A DNA stretch of 51,227 nt, the filler included, from Catajapyx aquilonaris (lineage: Eukaryota), in NCBI GenBank assembly GCA_000934665.2. It is 3 parts of 3 records of this genome, joined end to end, with 100 filler letters (N's around TTAATTAATTAA, not from the genome) between each part and the next. Parts side by side here need not be neighbours in the genome. Positions count along the whole stretch, not along the records: positions 1 to 17,007 come from JYFJ02007057.1; 2 more parts are not named here. One strand, given 5' to 3'. Made by a program: the position numbers and the translations under genes. The notes beneath the pieces were generated by a model that did no database searches, was not told the DNA's origin, and saw only the letters and a program-made list of their open reading frames with translations. This document shows positions 1-13,700 of the stretch, in pieces. Position 1 is the stretch's first letter, and every line of letters starts with the position of its first letter.

Positions 1-412
1 GCGCCTGTGGAAGGTGTCAACACGATGGGTACCCCGAATGTTGTCGCCAGAACAGAAGGCGGCGCGTCGGGAGATTTCACAATATTAAATTTGGACCATC
101 TGAATGCTGATGCAGAAGGATTTTACGCTCCTCTGGTCACACAGGATGAAACCTGGGTACCTCATTATGTTCCCGAACATGAAGAAACACCTGCGGGGTC
201 GACTCCATGGGAGTGACGAAGAGGTCAAGGCAGCTGTGGAGGACGTCTTGGGGGGGGTGAGATTCTTCCTTCTACCAGAGCGGTTTGGAGAAGTTGCCAC
301 GAAGATGGACAAAGTGTATTGACCGGTGTGGGTACTATGTTGAGAAATAAAATTGTTTCTTTGTCATGTCTCGCGTATGTCTACTTGAAACCACGAACGA
401 AAACACCCCTCG
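1..412 (+). mobile_element. mariner transposon remnant (3' part, internally deleted)
   Basis: RWVPRMLSPEQK and LVTQDETWVPHY fused directly to FPNMKKHLRG...SDEEVKAAV...RWTKCIDRCGYYVEK*; ends ...ACACCCCTCG|TA. Confidence 0.85.
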
Positions 413-1511
413 TAGCAACTTGTGTGTAGGTAGGTTTCACTGTAGAAATTTTGCATAGCTGAGCAAAGGATGAAAAAAAAACCCCTTTCCTTTGGGAGGA
501 TATGGAGATGGAGACTGCATCATAGAATGTTCCCCATCGGTCCCTGCCCTGACCATGTTGTTGTTCAGAAGACCTAATTTTAATCGAAAATAATCATTAT
601 CTTAGCATAATAAACTCAACCATAGTTATGTTCTGAACATTTTTTTATTTCTAAAATAAATTCATCTCACAGAACTCATAGCTCCGGTTTCACTGGAAGT
701 CTTCATCACCTCTCTCTGTTGCTGACGGGTATAATTCTAAATAACCTGCCCTAATAAAACAACTTCACGAAACAGATGTACGTGATGAGATCTCAACAGT
801 AATTTTTGAATCACTCTGAGTGCTGCCAACTATCCTTTCCCGGGGTAAGTTGGTTAGAGTTGGATTGACAGTCACTTTAAACACAGTTAAGGCAGTGGAA
901 TCCCCTTTGATCCTCCAGTTTTTGTCCTTGCCTTCAACTTGAGGGCTGCTTTGTAGACCACTTTCCAAATGTGTTACAACCTCAAAGAAAAAAACAGCAA
1001 GATAAAACATAACTGAAGAGCTCATTTGCGATAACGCATAAGTCAATAGGGATACCTATTGACTTAGGCATTTTTGTAAACGAGCTCTTCAATTGTTACG
1101 AAAAACAAGATGATTTCAGTATCATTGTTGGGTATAAGTTTTTCCCCATGGAATGCTCATTTGGTGGATTATCATGATCACAAATTGATTTCAAGCAGCT
1201 AAATATTATAAGGCGATCAAAGTAAAAGTGACCCAGACAATCAAACACAAACCTAGTTGCAGATTAATACTGGCCAAGGAATCCTGAGATTTTGGAGGAC
1301 ACCCACACTATCATTTGGATGCCAACAGAAAAAGTGATGCCAGTACTATGCAGAATGCTCGACCCCACCCATAATGAACATTCCTACAATGGGCATTGCA
1401 GGCACCACATGGTACAGACTCTTATCTCTGGTGACAATCCTGAATTGGCAAGTTCTTAAAAACTAGGTAAATCATCCACATTCAGTGGCACAACCAAGCC
1501 TAAGCATATTT

Positions 1512-1724
1512 TCATTTAATCCCAGTGCACCACAATCGTCCTGCTGACAGTATATTACTTACCGCTTTAATGCCCTTCAGTGCATTGGTAACATCTGGTG
1601 AACTTAAAACTCCACTTGGCAGTAGGGCATTTTCCAAGACATTGATGCTGGAAGTCAGCTGCTCACAACTAGTAGACACAATAGCCTGTAATCGTCTCAT
1701 ATCATCTGAAGGCTTCATCTGATC
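1512..1724 (-). CDS. TBC1D5: TBC1D5 probable terminal coding exon (coiled-coil region)
   Basis: T-rich tttcttcag acceptor, phase 0; DQMKPSDDMRRLQAIV...VTNALKGIKAVSNILS resembles the TBC1D5 C-terminal helical segment (recalled as LAGLKQIKDILKG); TGA at 1514-1512. Confidence 0.7.
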   Translation of the reverse strand, partial: DQMKPSDDMRRLQAIVSTSCEQLTSSINVLENALLPSGVLSSPDVTNALKGIKAVSNILSAGRLWCTGIK

Positions 1725-4700
1725 CTGAAGAAAAAAATTAGTACTGTACGTGAGAATTATAAAATTTCACTTTCTCAGGCATTCCCTGACATATTTTCTG
1801 AACGTTACAATGGTACCTCTACCTTTTTGCCTTAGGACAGTGGTTCTCAAACTTTTGACGTGGATACGTCTTTAAAATCGGATCAGGGGGCATGCAGGCA
1901 AACTCAAGCGTTACAGAAAAGCGTTACAGCAGGGCCCCGCCAGGGGGCCCACGGCGGGGGCACGCAGGCAAACTCAAGCAAGAAAAGCGTTAGTCTATTA
2001 TAACCGAGTCTGCTATAAGCGACGCTTTTCTGTAACGCTCGAGTTTGCCTGCATGCCCCCTGATCCGATTTTAAAGACATATCCACGCCTGCACGCCCCC
2101 ACCATTATAGTCGAGAAAACTGAAATATAATGTAGGTTGAGCCCGCACAAGCTGCGGCTTATGTCCACAACACAACCTAATGTAATTCTTTTGACCACAT
2201 CCCGCTTCAGATGGTCAAAAGATCCTTTGGCTCACGTGGGAATTAACTCCATAAGACAATTGTCACTATCTTATAGTGGATAAACCTTCTTTGCCATTTG
2301 CTGCAGGGAAAGATGTTGGACGAATGGAAGTTTTCAAGATAAAAATAGAGGGATGATTCATGATCAGAAGTTAATGTCAGGATCCAGCTCCAAAACAATT
2401 TTGCAATGCTAAAAGGCAAAGTTTGGTATTTCGGCAAGTTGGGCGTCAAAAATAAATAAATCACCGATTCAGAATATGTGGCCAGTTTCAGTAACACGAG
2501 TATAACAACAATGTAAAGTTTCAAGTCAAATGTGATACCTTGTGGGCCATTCTTGTAGTATGACGACGACACTGGAAGAGAAATGGCAAAAACCCAACAA
2601 TTCAAACAACACCACTGGGGCACAGGGTGCCACCTATTTGTTAGTTCCCAGAAGTCATGGTGATGCTGCCATGAAGCAGTTCTTCTGTATCTACTATACA
2701 GTATAGTATCTAGCCAGGCAGATTACAACTTAAACGTGGCAGCATTTGATTATGTGCCATTAATTCCAAAAATGAACATAATTATATTCAGAACGATTTT
2801 TTCCCCCTGATTTTGGAGGCCCAACTTTTTGAAATGCCAAACCCTACCTTTAAACTATGTAAATACACTTTTATGTAAGCCTGTATTTGATACACATGTT
2901 CTCAATACATCTCAAAAAAGAGAGACTATTATTACACTTGTATATCCAGATCAGACAGAGGATACTTATGTGGATCAAGTTTCAGTGGGTTCTCTCTGTG
3001 TTTTTGTGGGTTTTCTCAGAGCTCTCCCAGTTCCCCCCCACTATTAAAACCCATCACAGCGCAAGCAAATGATTAAAGTCAGTAAAATGAAAAGATGATC
3101 CCCTAAAAGGCCCAAGGAGGCCTATCACGAGGGATCCATTATTATTATTACAGGTAAAATCTCGTTACAACGAAACCGGCCGGACCAAGGAAATGTTTTT
3201 GTAATAACGGAATTTCGTTAAATCGAGACTGGTTATTTTTATTTCCCCCGCAAGTATGTCCGAATCTGTCAACTCCTGGCACACCTGTACGTCGTCATCT
3301 GCTGCTACAAAATCGTGGAAGGTAACTTCATCCGGCATGCCGCGCTGGTGCTTTCAGAGACGGACCTTTACACAGACAGGTCGTCAGGGTCATCTGAGTC
3401 TTCGGCGTCCTGGTCACTCCCCAAAACAGACACTGCCGACCCCTTGATGCAACTTTTACCCCCAACATTTCACGATTTTTGACGGTGTTACGCACAACCA
3501 CACACTCGCTTATCGCTAGACAGTGCTGAAGCACGTGTGGCGGAGCATTGCATCAGTGCATATTTCGTTATATCGGGTTCAATACTAGCCGGGGAACCAC
3601 CTTTCGTATTTGTTGTACTGAAAATTTCGTAGTAACGCATTTCGTAATAACGGGATTACAAATACATTGCTCTTACGGCTGGCCAACCAAAATTTTATTT
3701 TTATTGTGTTCTATTGAAATTTCGTTGTATTGGTATTCGCTAAAACAAGATCTTACTGTATTACGAGGTGCAGTCAAAAATTACTTGCGCGTATTTTTTT
3801 TTTAGCCATTGCGCATGACATTTACATATTTGTACTTCAAGGAACATGAAATCCAGCCCATGTGGGATTTTTTGATAAAGGTTTCAAATTTCGCGCTGAC
3901 CGGACGCCTGTTTCGCAGCCCTGCAAACAGAGGGCCTTACCGACACTAGCAAAATGGCGGACTTCAGCAAAGCCGATCAGCGTGTTGTGGTGAGATTTCT
4001 TTTTCTGCAAGGGAAAAGTGTTCCTGTGATCCTTAAAGACATGCAGGCCATATGTGGGAACTCCGTCATTTTTAATTGATACAGGACTATGCAATTGATA
4101 ATTTTAAATCCGTCCATGACAAGCTCCTCCACACGGCTGACAGTGGCGTCGTTTGTGGTGGTCAACGGGCGGCCTTGTACGCCCTTCCTTGAACTCCTTC
4201 ACCCACCACTGGATCGTCCGTAAGGGCATGACGGAGTTCCCACATATGGCCTGCATGTCTTTAAGGATCACAGGAGCACTTTTCCCTTGCAGAAAAAGAA
4301 ATCGCACCACAACATGCTGATCGGCTTCGCTGAAGTCCGCCATTTTGCTAGTGTCGGTAAGGCCCTCTGTTTGCAGGGCTGCGAAACAGGCGTCCGGTCA
4401 GCGCGAAATTTGAAACTTTTATCAAAAAATCCCACATGGGCTGGATTTCATGTTCCTTGAAGTACAAATATGTAAATGTCATGCGCAATGGCTAAAAAAA
4501 ATACGCGCAAGTAATTTTTGACTGCACCTCGTATATTACACTTGCCAGCTGTTGTGTGTCATGCCTGTTATTCACACTGCACTAACTCAACAAATTAACA
4601 ATACATTCAGCACTAAATTGATGCACAGCACTAGACAATACAGGCCAATACTCTAGGAGAGGGGGATATAAATATACACTCTTTCAGGAAGTATTTTCTA

Positions 4701-7700
4701 GTCTCCTGTAACATTTAAGGATCAAAATTTGGCCTGAGTTTCCCCAAGCAAACATCTGGGATACACAACAAAAGCAATCTCTAATAGTAGTCACATTCTT
4801 ACATACAAAGACCTAGATTACCCTTTCCCACGAGTCATCTCATTTAAACCATAATGCCACATCAATAGGAGCATTTCAACCTGCTAAAGCCCATAATGTA
4901 CAGGCCCATAATGTAGTAGAATGTAGTAGAATTGATTTTCAAATGTAGCGTCAGGGCCATGTTGAGAAGGGTGAAGTTAATTCCCTGTTTGTATACATAA
5001 TGGTAGTTCAACTTCCAAGTTGCAGGATCATGTTGGACCCAGAGTTAACCCTGATCCATGACCAGGGTTGACTCCACCAGCCAGGTTGAGAGCATTTGAA
5101 AATGGTGACCAGAGTCAGGCTGGAAAACATGTTTTGGAGCTTCCAGGGGAAGCCAAGGCTGTGTGACAAGGTATGATACAACCTCGTAGGGATTGGTCTG
5201 AGGGACAGGGACACCTCATGACTGTGTAGGATTCAGTCCCTCTCAGGAAAAGCAAGAAACTATTCCAGGGTTGGAATGGAGTTACCTTCCTCTTCTTTAT
5301 CATTACATGTATGGGTCCAACTCAACCCAAAGTTCAACCTTGACTTGCTCTTGACCAGGGCTTACGCAACTCTCTGATATGAACATCATGTAATGGGCCC
5401 TAAGTGTTACTCGGAAACCCTCCAATATCCACTACTGTTTCCTATGTATGCATTAACACTTACTGGCAAATGATCTGTTTGTGAGCAGCCATTTTCTTTG
5501 ATAGGTACACCCAGACATTCTTTTTCACACTTCTCCGTGGGGCTTTGTTTGGACTTCAGTGTCATATTTGACAAGGTCTTGAACCTAAAAAACAATGACA
5601 ATGTGCCAAATGCTCCAAATTATCAAGACAGTTACACATATACTTGGATGAAAACGATGAAGTTGAAAGGGAACCCCGTTGCTTGGCCCATCTATTTTGT
5701 TTAGCCATAGCTGTGTTACAGTCAAGCTCCTTTGAAGCTTCTGCAATTTTCAAAGGAGCACGATGAATATTTGGAATCCCTCCAACTGTTGCTCTCAAGA
5801 CAGGTGGAATAACTACTGCTGGTGGTTTGGGATACTTCTGAAAACAATTTGTCAAATATATTAGTAGTATGGATATAACCTTATGGTTGTATTTACCTCT
5901 GGCTCCTTCATATGCAAAGCATGATCAAGGATCTGTGTTACATCAGACACAGATGGGAAGCGCATTAGTAAGCTTAAGCAAGATCCAAAGTCTCCCTCTT
6001 GCACTGTAACAATATTACAAACATTTCTGCCATTGGTTTAACCATTTACCTGACATTTCATGATGAACACTGCGTACTTACACTGATGCCTGATGGCCAT
6101 CAGCATTGCCACAAAGACGTAATCCACCAACTCTAATTGCGGACTATCCGCAAATATTGCATCCCATATCAAAAGAAGATCTTGAAAGGGGAATTCCCGA
6201 CCAAACAGGACACGAAGCCATCGGCTAAAAGAGACATCCCATAATGGTAATTCAAATGATGGGCAGCAATCAATTCAAAATTGATTAATTAAAAAAGAAT
6301 TTATGACTGGTGACTTGAAAGGATATTAAATATTAGTTAATTATGATTGAAATTGAAGCAAACTGGAAACAAACTGAAGCAGTGGATCATGATTGAAAAA
6401 TACAATGAATGACATTGAGACAGATAGAAATGAAAGGGAAGTGAGTAAGACATTTATACCAGGGAAAACTGTTGCTTCACAGTGTATAAAAAGCAACTGA
6501 CATGTATTGAATTGTACCTGGTACACTAATGAATAACATTATTGCAGCATAATTGATTTCAATCAACTGAGTAGTCAGTTGTTACTTCCATGTGATAAAG
6601 GAAGTAAAAACATAAGTTAACACAAATGGGCAGGAACACAATAGAGCTGGGCAATTGAAATGAATGTCCAGAGAATGTATTAAAACATATATTTTTGAAG
6701 AAATTGAAATTTTCCAAAATGAATGGTAAGAAAATGAAATGATAGCAAGTTTAAAATGAGTGGAATGGGTAGTAAGTAAATTAAACCAAGTAGAGAGTAA
6801 TGTAATGGGGGCCAACTGCAAAGTGAATGGAATGGGAATAAAATAGCCTACGATAATAAGTTAAAGGAATACAATTAATTCAATTTGAAGTGAATGGTGC
6901 CTATTTTTGGGTAATTCAGAATAAATATTCAGGTTTTCAACTTACATGCCATAAATTTGTGGGGCTATTTCTAATTTATCTAGAAATTGGCACAGCTGAA
7001 AATCATGATGTTTTAGTAGTTGTTCTTGAATCATGCTAAGTTTCTGAACAACTTTGCTTGCTTTCCACTCATCCTGCAACAGAAAAATAAATCAGTTAAA
7101 ATTAATATCTGGGGCAATTATATTTTACCTAATGCTCCTATTAGGGTCAAAGGATCACTTAAGCAATGAACCATTACAATGAGAAGGAGGAAGCCATGAA
7201 TCAGGATTATATATAGAGATTAAGCCACATGTGTGAAACTTCAACTTTCAAAATAAAATATCTGTATTCCAAATCCTGCATGTTCCTGATGGAAAATATT
7301 TCTGTCAACACTCTCACTAAAATTTTATTGCTATGGCTCACAGCCTCCTTTTGAGAGGGAGGGCACTGACAAAATAAATATTCCCTACCTGCAGAAAATG
7401 CAGATTGAGGACAGTGTTACTAAGAAAATGAAATGGGTCATGCACAAGTACCAGGATTTCACATATACAATTGTGCTCATAAATGGCCTCCACCTTAAGC
7501 ATATAAATTCATACACCCTTGTCCATGTGAAAGGGCATTGAGGTGGAGTAGTGGTGAGAGCCACCCTGAGAGCTACAGCCTTCCACTTCTGAGGTCCCAA
7601 ATTCAATTCCCAGAGCAGACAGGGTTTCTCATGTGGGAAGAGTTTTGATGGGTAGGCTATGTGTGTTTGTGTGGGTTTTTCAGGGTTCTCCCACTTCCCC

Positions 7701-10700
7701 TCACAATCAAATACAGGGTGATTCTCCCGAATGGAAACCCAAACATTCCTCATTAACTTTTTACCCCATTGGTGCAAGCAGAGGTGCAAGCCAAATGCAT
7801 GGCAGTTGAGATACCATCTATGAGATGGCAGCTGAGCAGTTTACAAGTCACTGAAGTCACTGCTGCCCTCTGCATAGTAAGAATTACGCGGGCAAATCTC
7901 AAATCATCATATGATGTACGTAGGCCCTGCGGGAATGTATGCTCCATCATCATATGATGCATGTAGGCCTCAAAGGGTTAAAACATCAGTCAGTGTACCA
8001 AAATAACCATGCATACTCCAAAACCCATGCACCAATCGCTCCCAAAGGAAATGTCAGCATTACACTAAAGTACTGTGGCAGGAATAAAATGCATAACGCA
8101 TAAATAATTTAGTCAAACAAATACATTGTAACATGCTGACTACAACCATTTAAATGTGTGTACATATCATGCAGTAAGTAAACAACTGATGTAAAGAAAG
8201 TGAGTAGGTGACAAAGGCAGTTTCAACCAAATAGCCAGTGGCAACCAAAGCCAGAACTATATGAAGACCTTGGGGGAAGGTCAATCAAGGTCCACCTCAG
8301 GTGAAACTGACATATTGCAATTTCAAATTTCGAAGGCCCATAAGGTTCCATTGTAAATCCCTCTTTCGGGGCCTTCCATTTTGATCTATGATCATTACTC
8401 CACAACCACGACCAAACCATCATATTCTACACTAGTGAAACTATCTTCTGAGATATGTAACTCATTTTTGACAGAGAGTGGATCTTGATCGTTCTTCCCC
8501 CAAGGTTATATTGTGTCTTTCAGTCATTTGCAATCTGCAACACTTACATGTTAGAAGGTCAAAAAAGTGTGGCAAGTATCACTGAGATTGAGAAAATTGC
8601 AGCCAAATATTGTTCCTATTCCCTTTTTGATCAAGGCTGGAGATAACTAGAATAAAGCTATATGCACTTGTAGTAGGAGCAGATTTTTGGAAAACACAGC
8701 AACTTGTATTATCATAGTAAAGGAAATTTTGGTAAGCATGAAGGAATTGAGCAGAAATTTTTTGTGTGTGTGTATTTTCTCAAACTGGACAGGTATTTGG
8801 GGTAGGAGACAGACAAAGAGATATACCAGTTTTTCCTCTCTTCTATTTTCTCTTTACATCTGTCCCGCCATTGTGTCTTCTTATAGCCAGCTAGCCCTAG
8901 TTGCTTTGGTTCCTTCCTAATTAACCAAACCAAACCAAAAAATTGTGCAAAATTCTACCATTGCTATAAAAACTCACTACCAGCATGATAATAATGCAGT
9001 CCTGCCTAAGTAGTGGCCTAAGTAGTGGTAACTCTCCCTTGTAAAATCATTATTACTCACATATTTAGACACCGACTTATCACTTTCACATTGTGGTTCT
9101 GTAGGGGACACTACAGCTTGGACATGGTAGTACGATTCCACAGTTTTCATCAAATACGAAAATAGCATGCTGTGAATAAATGTATGGCACTGTTAGTGTA
9201 CATGATCATGATACAGACTGAAATTTTAATTCCCTGCACATATGCAGCACTTACAATGCATCATGTTCCAGGAACTGGTCAGCCAGAATGTCACCAATAA
9301 TTTGACTGCAATGTCAAGTGGAAAACTCTACATTACAATGTTTACAATAATGTTTACTCTAACATGTTATGATCAATTATTCATTTTAGGATAAAGCAGG
9401 GTAAGTGTGTAAATAGGGCAAGTGCAGCATAGCTTCTAATATATGGCACAAGGTGGCAGGAGCTATAAAAAATCAAGCAAACGTTCACGACCTTTGCCTA
9501 CTCTGCTAAATGTAGCATGATCTTCTCTCTTTTGTCACATTGATAACAAATTGCCGCCAAGCTCAAGATGGCATTTTAACTTTTCTGGCGAGTAAGTATC
9601 TTTAGCAGAATTTCTAACGAGCCTTGAATCTCATTCTGCGTAACCGCTCCAGCACTGTACTGGCCCAACACCAATGAAGTTCGCCTAGCATGAAAATCAC
9701 CTGCATGTCGATGTTGATGTCGATGTTACAAATACGAATTACTTGAGAATGAATCGTGTTTTAATCACACAACTCATATGCTAATGAGCCACATGGAAGA
9801 GCAATGTTGGGGCGAGATATCAATGCATTTGTTAGTGAACAAGATGAATAGGACATTATTAATTTAGCGCGCCGGAGGCAATGGAGTTGGCCCCGAGTGC
9901 TAACTGCATCACAAAGTTCGCCTAGAAGCAGGTGACATCGCCATGGGCAGCAATGACGGCCTCCACACAACACGACATCGACATGTGTTGAATGAGCTCT
10001 GGCACTCGACTAGAGTGATGGTGTCCCGAACCTCCCGTAGTTTGGCCATCAAGGGATGTTTCCTCTGAAGTACCTTCTTCATGATTTTCCAGTCTGTCTC
10101 AAACTCTCAATCGGATTGAGGTCCAGGGTGCTCCATGGCCACGTAGAATGTCAATCCCCTTTGTCTGCTTCCGATGTTTTGGCAAGATGCAAAGTCCTGT
10201 TGAAATATTACATTGACATCCGGATTTAAGGTTGTTATTGAGGGCAGACACAGTGGATGGTCTCTCAAAATCTCCTGAAACATGGCTGTATGGATGGTGC
10301 CACTGATTCCGTGAAAGTTGCCATGGCCGACACTACCCATGCATCACCACACCATAATACTGTGTGCATGTTTGACGGGTCTAGTGAGACATTGGGATGG
10401 TACACCTCTTCCTTTGTTTGCAGTACTCGATTATGGATGTCCCTGTACTGACTAATTCATGGTGAAACATGACTAATTCCACATCTGATGTGCCCAATGG
10501 TTCCATTCCTTCTCCCAAGCAAGTCTTTTTATTGTTGCAGTGCCATCAAGAGTGGTTTCTTCTTGGCCTATTGTCAAGAGGGCAAGTCTTGATTTCATGA
10601 ATTCCCCGTTAGTCTTTGATAAATTACGCATAAAAGTTCTTCTTCATGTCACGGATGCAGAGTCGACAAGGTTGTTGTGAGGACCACCTTTTGGGTCACC

Positions 10701-13700
10701 TCTGACCATTTTGAAATTGATGGTCGCTGCCCCTTTCGCCGATTTTTGTGGGACATTTTTTTCAGCTCTCAGTTTTTCCTTGCTGCTGTTGCCTGGTGAC
10801 GCCCATAATAAGGATTTTTTGGATGGTTCTTGTAGTTTTGTTACTTCATGTGATGCCCTTACCATGGAGCATGGCACATGCCCTTCTTGTCCAACCACAA
10901 AAGCAGACTTTCCTTCTTCAGAGCTCTTCCATATCACCTTGTGTACCTCTGGAGGAATGGGCTTACCACCTCCCATGATTATTATTTTCAGACACAGAGT
11001 GCAATGAGTAATGGAATTGTGCTGCAGTGCAAGAGACCTGCACTTTTTTTTTCATCTGACACAACCACATCAGTCTGTATTTAGCAGCGTGCGAACTTAG
11101 CACTCTGGGCAAACTCCATTGCCCCCGGGGCGCTACATAAATACTGTCCTATTCTTTTTGTTCCACTGACAAATGCATTGATATCTCGCCCCAACATTGC
11201 TCTTCCATGTGGCTCATTAGCATATAAGTTGTGCAATTAAAACATGATTCATTCTCAAGTAATCCGCATTTGTAACATCGACATGCAGGTGATTTTCGTG
11301 CTAGGCAAACTTCATTGGTGTTGGGCAAGTATGTATGAGGTTAAGGTGTACTATCACGCTGTTATTATTCCATTTTGGTGGCATAATCAGGCTCGTTATA
11401 AAAAGTGAAGATGCACTTGCTCCTAACTAGACATCGTCAGGGGCAAGTGAGTACCCAATTAATAAGGGTATATGGATCGAAATGTAATATTGTAGGAATA
11501 AAGCTAGCTGTCGCCAAAAGAGGCAACAACACATCATTTTGTGGCCACCAATGGATATTCTGCGACTTGTGACAGGCTAATTTCGAACACTGGTGTGAAA
11601 ACATTCGACATGATGCATTTTAATCAGATAATGTCAGTACTGTTAGTAAACCTGTTGCAGAGCAGTGAATAAAAGTTATCCTGTAAGAACTAGTTGGTAT
11701 ATTTTTATTCAGAAAAAACAGGCTGACAGAGGAAGTTTGTGTATTTGTGGCACTAGTCTTATGCAACCCGAAGAATGTTTATTACTGTGAGAAAATTCCA
11801 AAGTTGCGCTTACCCCATGTCGCGGGGGAAGTGCATCACTGTGCATCACATGCATGTTGTAATTATTTTTCGGAGTGCCCACATAAATTAATGTTGTGCA
11901 ATAGGCCACTTTGAAAGCCAATCAACAACAACAACAACATCACGACATTTCCCTATGAGGGGTAGTCAGCGATGAAGGGAGATGCAATCAGTTAAGGTAT
12001 ATTGTCCATTACTTTTTTTCTCACTTGCTGATTACTAAGGATGTAGCATCCCATTAAAATGCATCAAATCAAAATCCTTCCACACTTGCCCTGCTTTACC
12101 CGAAAAAAAATGAATCGATCTCCAACCCATACTATAAACACTCTAATGTATATTTAAAATTGTGTTGCAATGTGCACAGGGTGACAATCACAGGACCAAG
12201 CTAACCAATTTAACAAGCTGTGAAAAGGAAGAAATTTTCTCTACATGAACACTACTAGTATCATATTGGAATATTAGAATGCAAGGCATGTTAATACTAT
12301 AAATAATTTGCATGTTAGTATGTGAGGATGTTATTTGAAAATGGTCTAAGTGCAGTAAAACTCACATGGTCATCTTCAGAAACACACAGTAACAGGGTCA
12401 AACTTTTGGACAGGCAGGCCTAGGTGGGGCTAGCTAGTTCTTTGAAAAGGCTCATTCAAAAACAGGGGCCTGGCTTGGTTCAACACCCCTTGTTAGAAAA
12501 ATTAGGGTGGACTGAGGAAGAGGGGTTGTTTTGGCTGGACTAGGTTAGTCTAACTCATCATATCAGTCAATATGGCAAGAACAGCCTCTCTGGCCAACAG
12601 GTATCATAAATACATTAATTATTATTAACCAAAAAAGTTACTTTATTGCTGTTGAGCCCTAACACCACACACACTTTAAAATTCTTTCCACTTTTCCTCT
12701 TAGCACTTGCCATGTAGCCACCTTGTGCCTGAGACTAGCAGGGACTAACGTCAGGTGTTTCTAAATACAAATTGTGGCACACGCTTCTAGAGTTCTAGGT
12801 CACCCTAGCCTAGGACTAATGTAGTCTACCCCAATGCCAGACAGCAACAGCATGGACTGGCAACATGTTTTTAAACACAACCCTTGATCAATAAAAACTA
12901 CTGCAAATATACAGTATATAGGGCCAATAATGACTGGTATCCATATATTATGGTGACCAACAGATGCATGGTCTACTTCTTCAGTATGAACGTTTCATTT
13001 TCCATTAACAAGTGTGGCTGATAAGTGATAACTAAGCACGTAATCCTCATACTTAGCTGACGACAAAGCTATTATAATTGAAAAATAATCTAGTGCAGTA
13101 TCGAGGAACAATGTTAACATCACTGATGTAAAAGCACTGCATGTTTAATCCCTCCCTCCTTAATATTAAATTTGTGAACATAAGGAAACTTTGATTTCCC
13201 ATATCTTCACACAATAAATGTGATTAAACTATTGTCACTAAACAATTGTCAATATGCACACAAAACATTACTGAGGCACAGCATGGCCCAGTTGCAATAG
13301 GAACAAGTGCAAGGTTCTCTAACTTCTAACTCTTCTCAAACTTGGGAAGTTCCACGACAAGGTGCATTCAAGACAGGTATAGGTGGCTGAGTGTGCATGC
13401 ACCAGCTAAGTGGCACCATAGGAATTCAGTGATCTACACATGGACAGTTTTAGTACTAGTTTTAGTTATAATCATAAGGATCTACCAATTAACTGGGGAC
13501 ATTTATCCTTCGCCCTGGAGTGGTCTGCACTGATTGGTGGATGCTAAGACCACAAATATGTAGATTGCTTTATCGTAAACAGCATGTGAGTGAGTCTGCC
13601 TGGAAAGTCCCTATCATAGCATATATGATGTAGGCTACACAGAACCCTAGAAAGAGTTGGTAACCTAATTGCAAAAGGTCCATCTAGGTCTGCACCTAGA

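Noticed and set aside
2243..2623. 126-aa minus-strand ORF or LINE endonuclease remnant
   Set aside because: Intronic, without consistent splice sites; similarity too weak to support.
4885..5403. Harbinger-like MITE
   Set aside because: Only the right end (ATGTAATGGGCCC|TAA) is clear; the left terminus is too degenerate to define.
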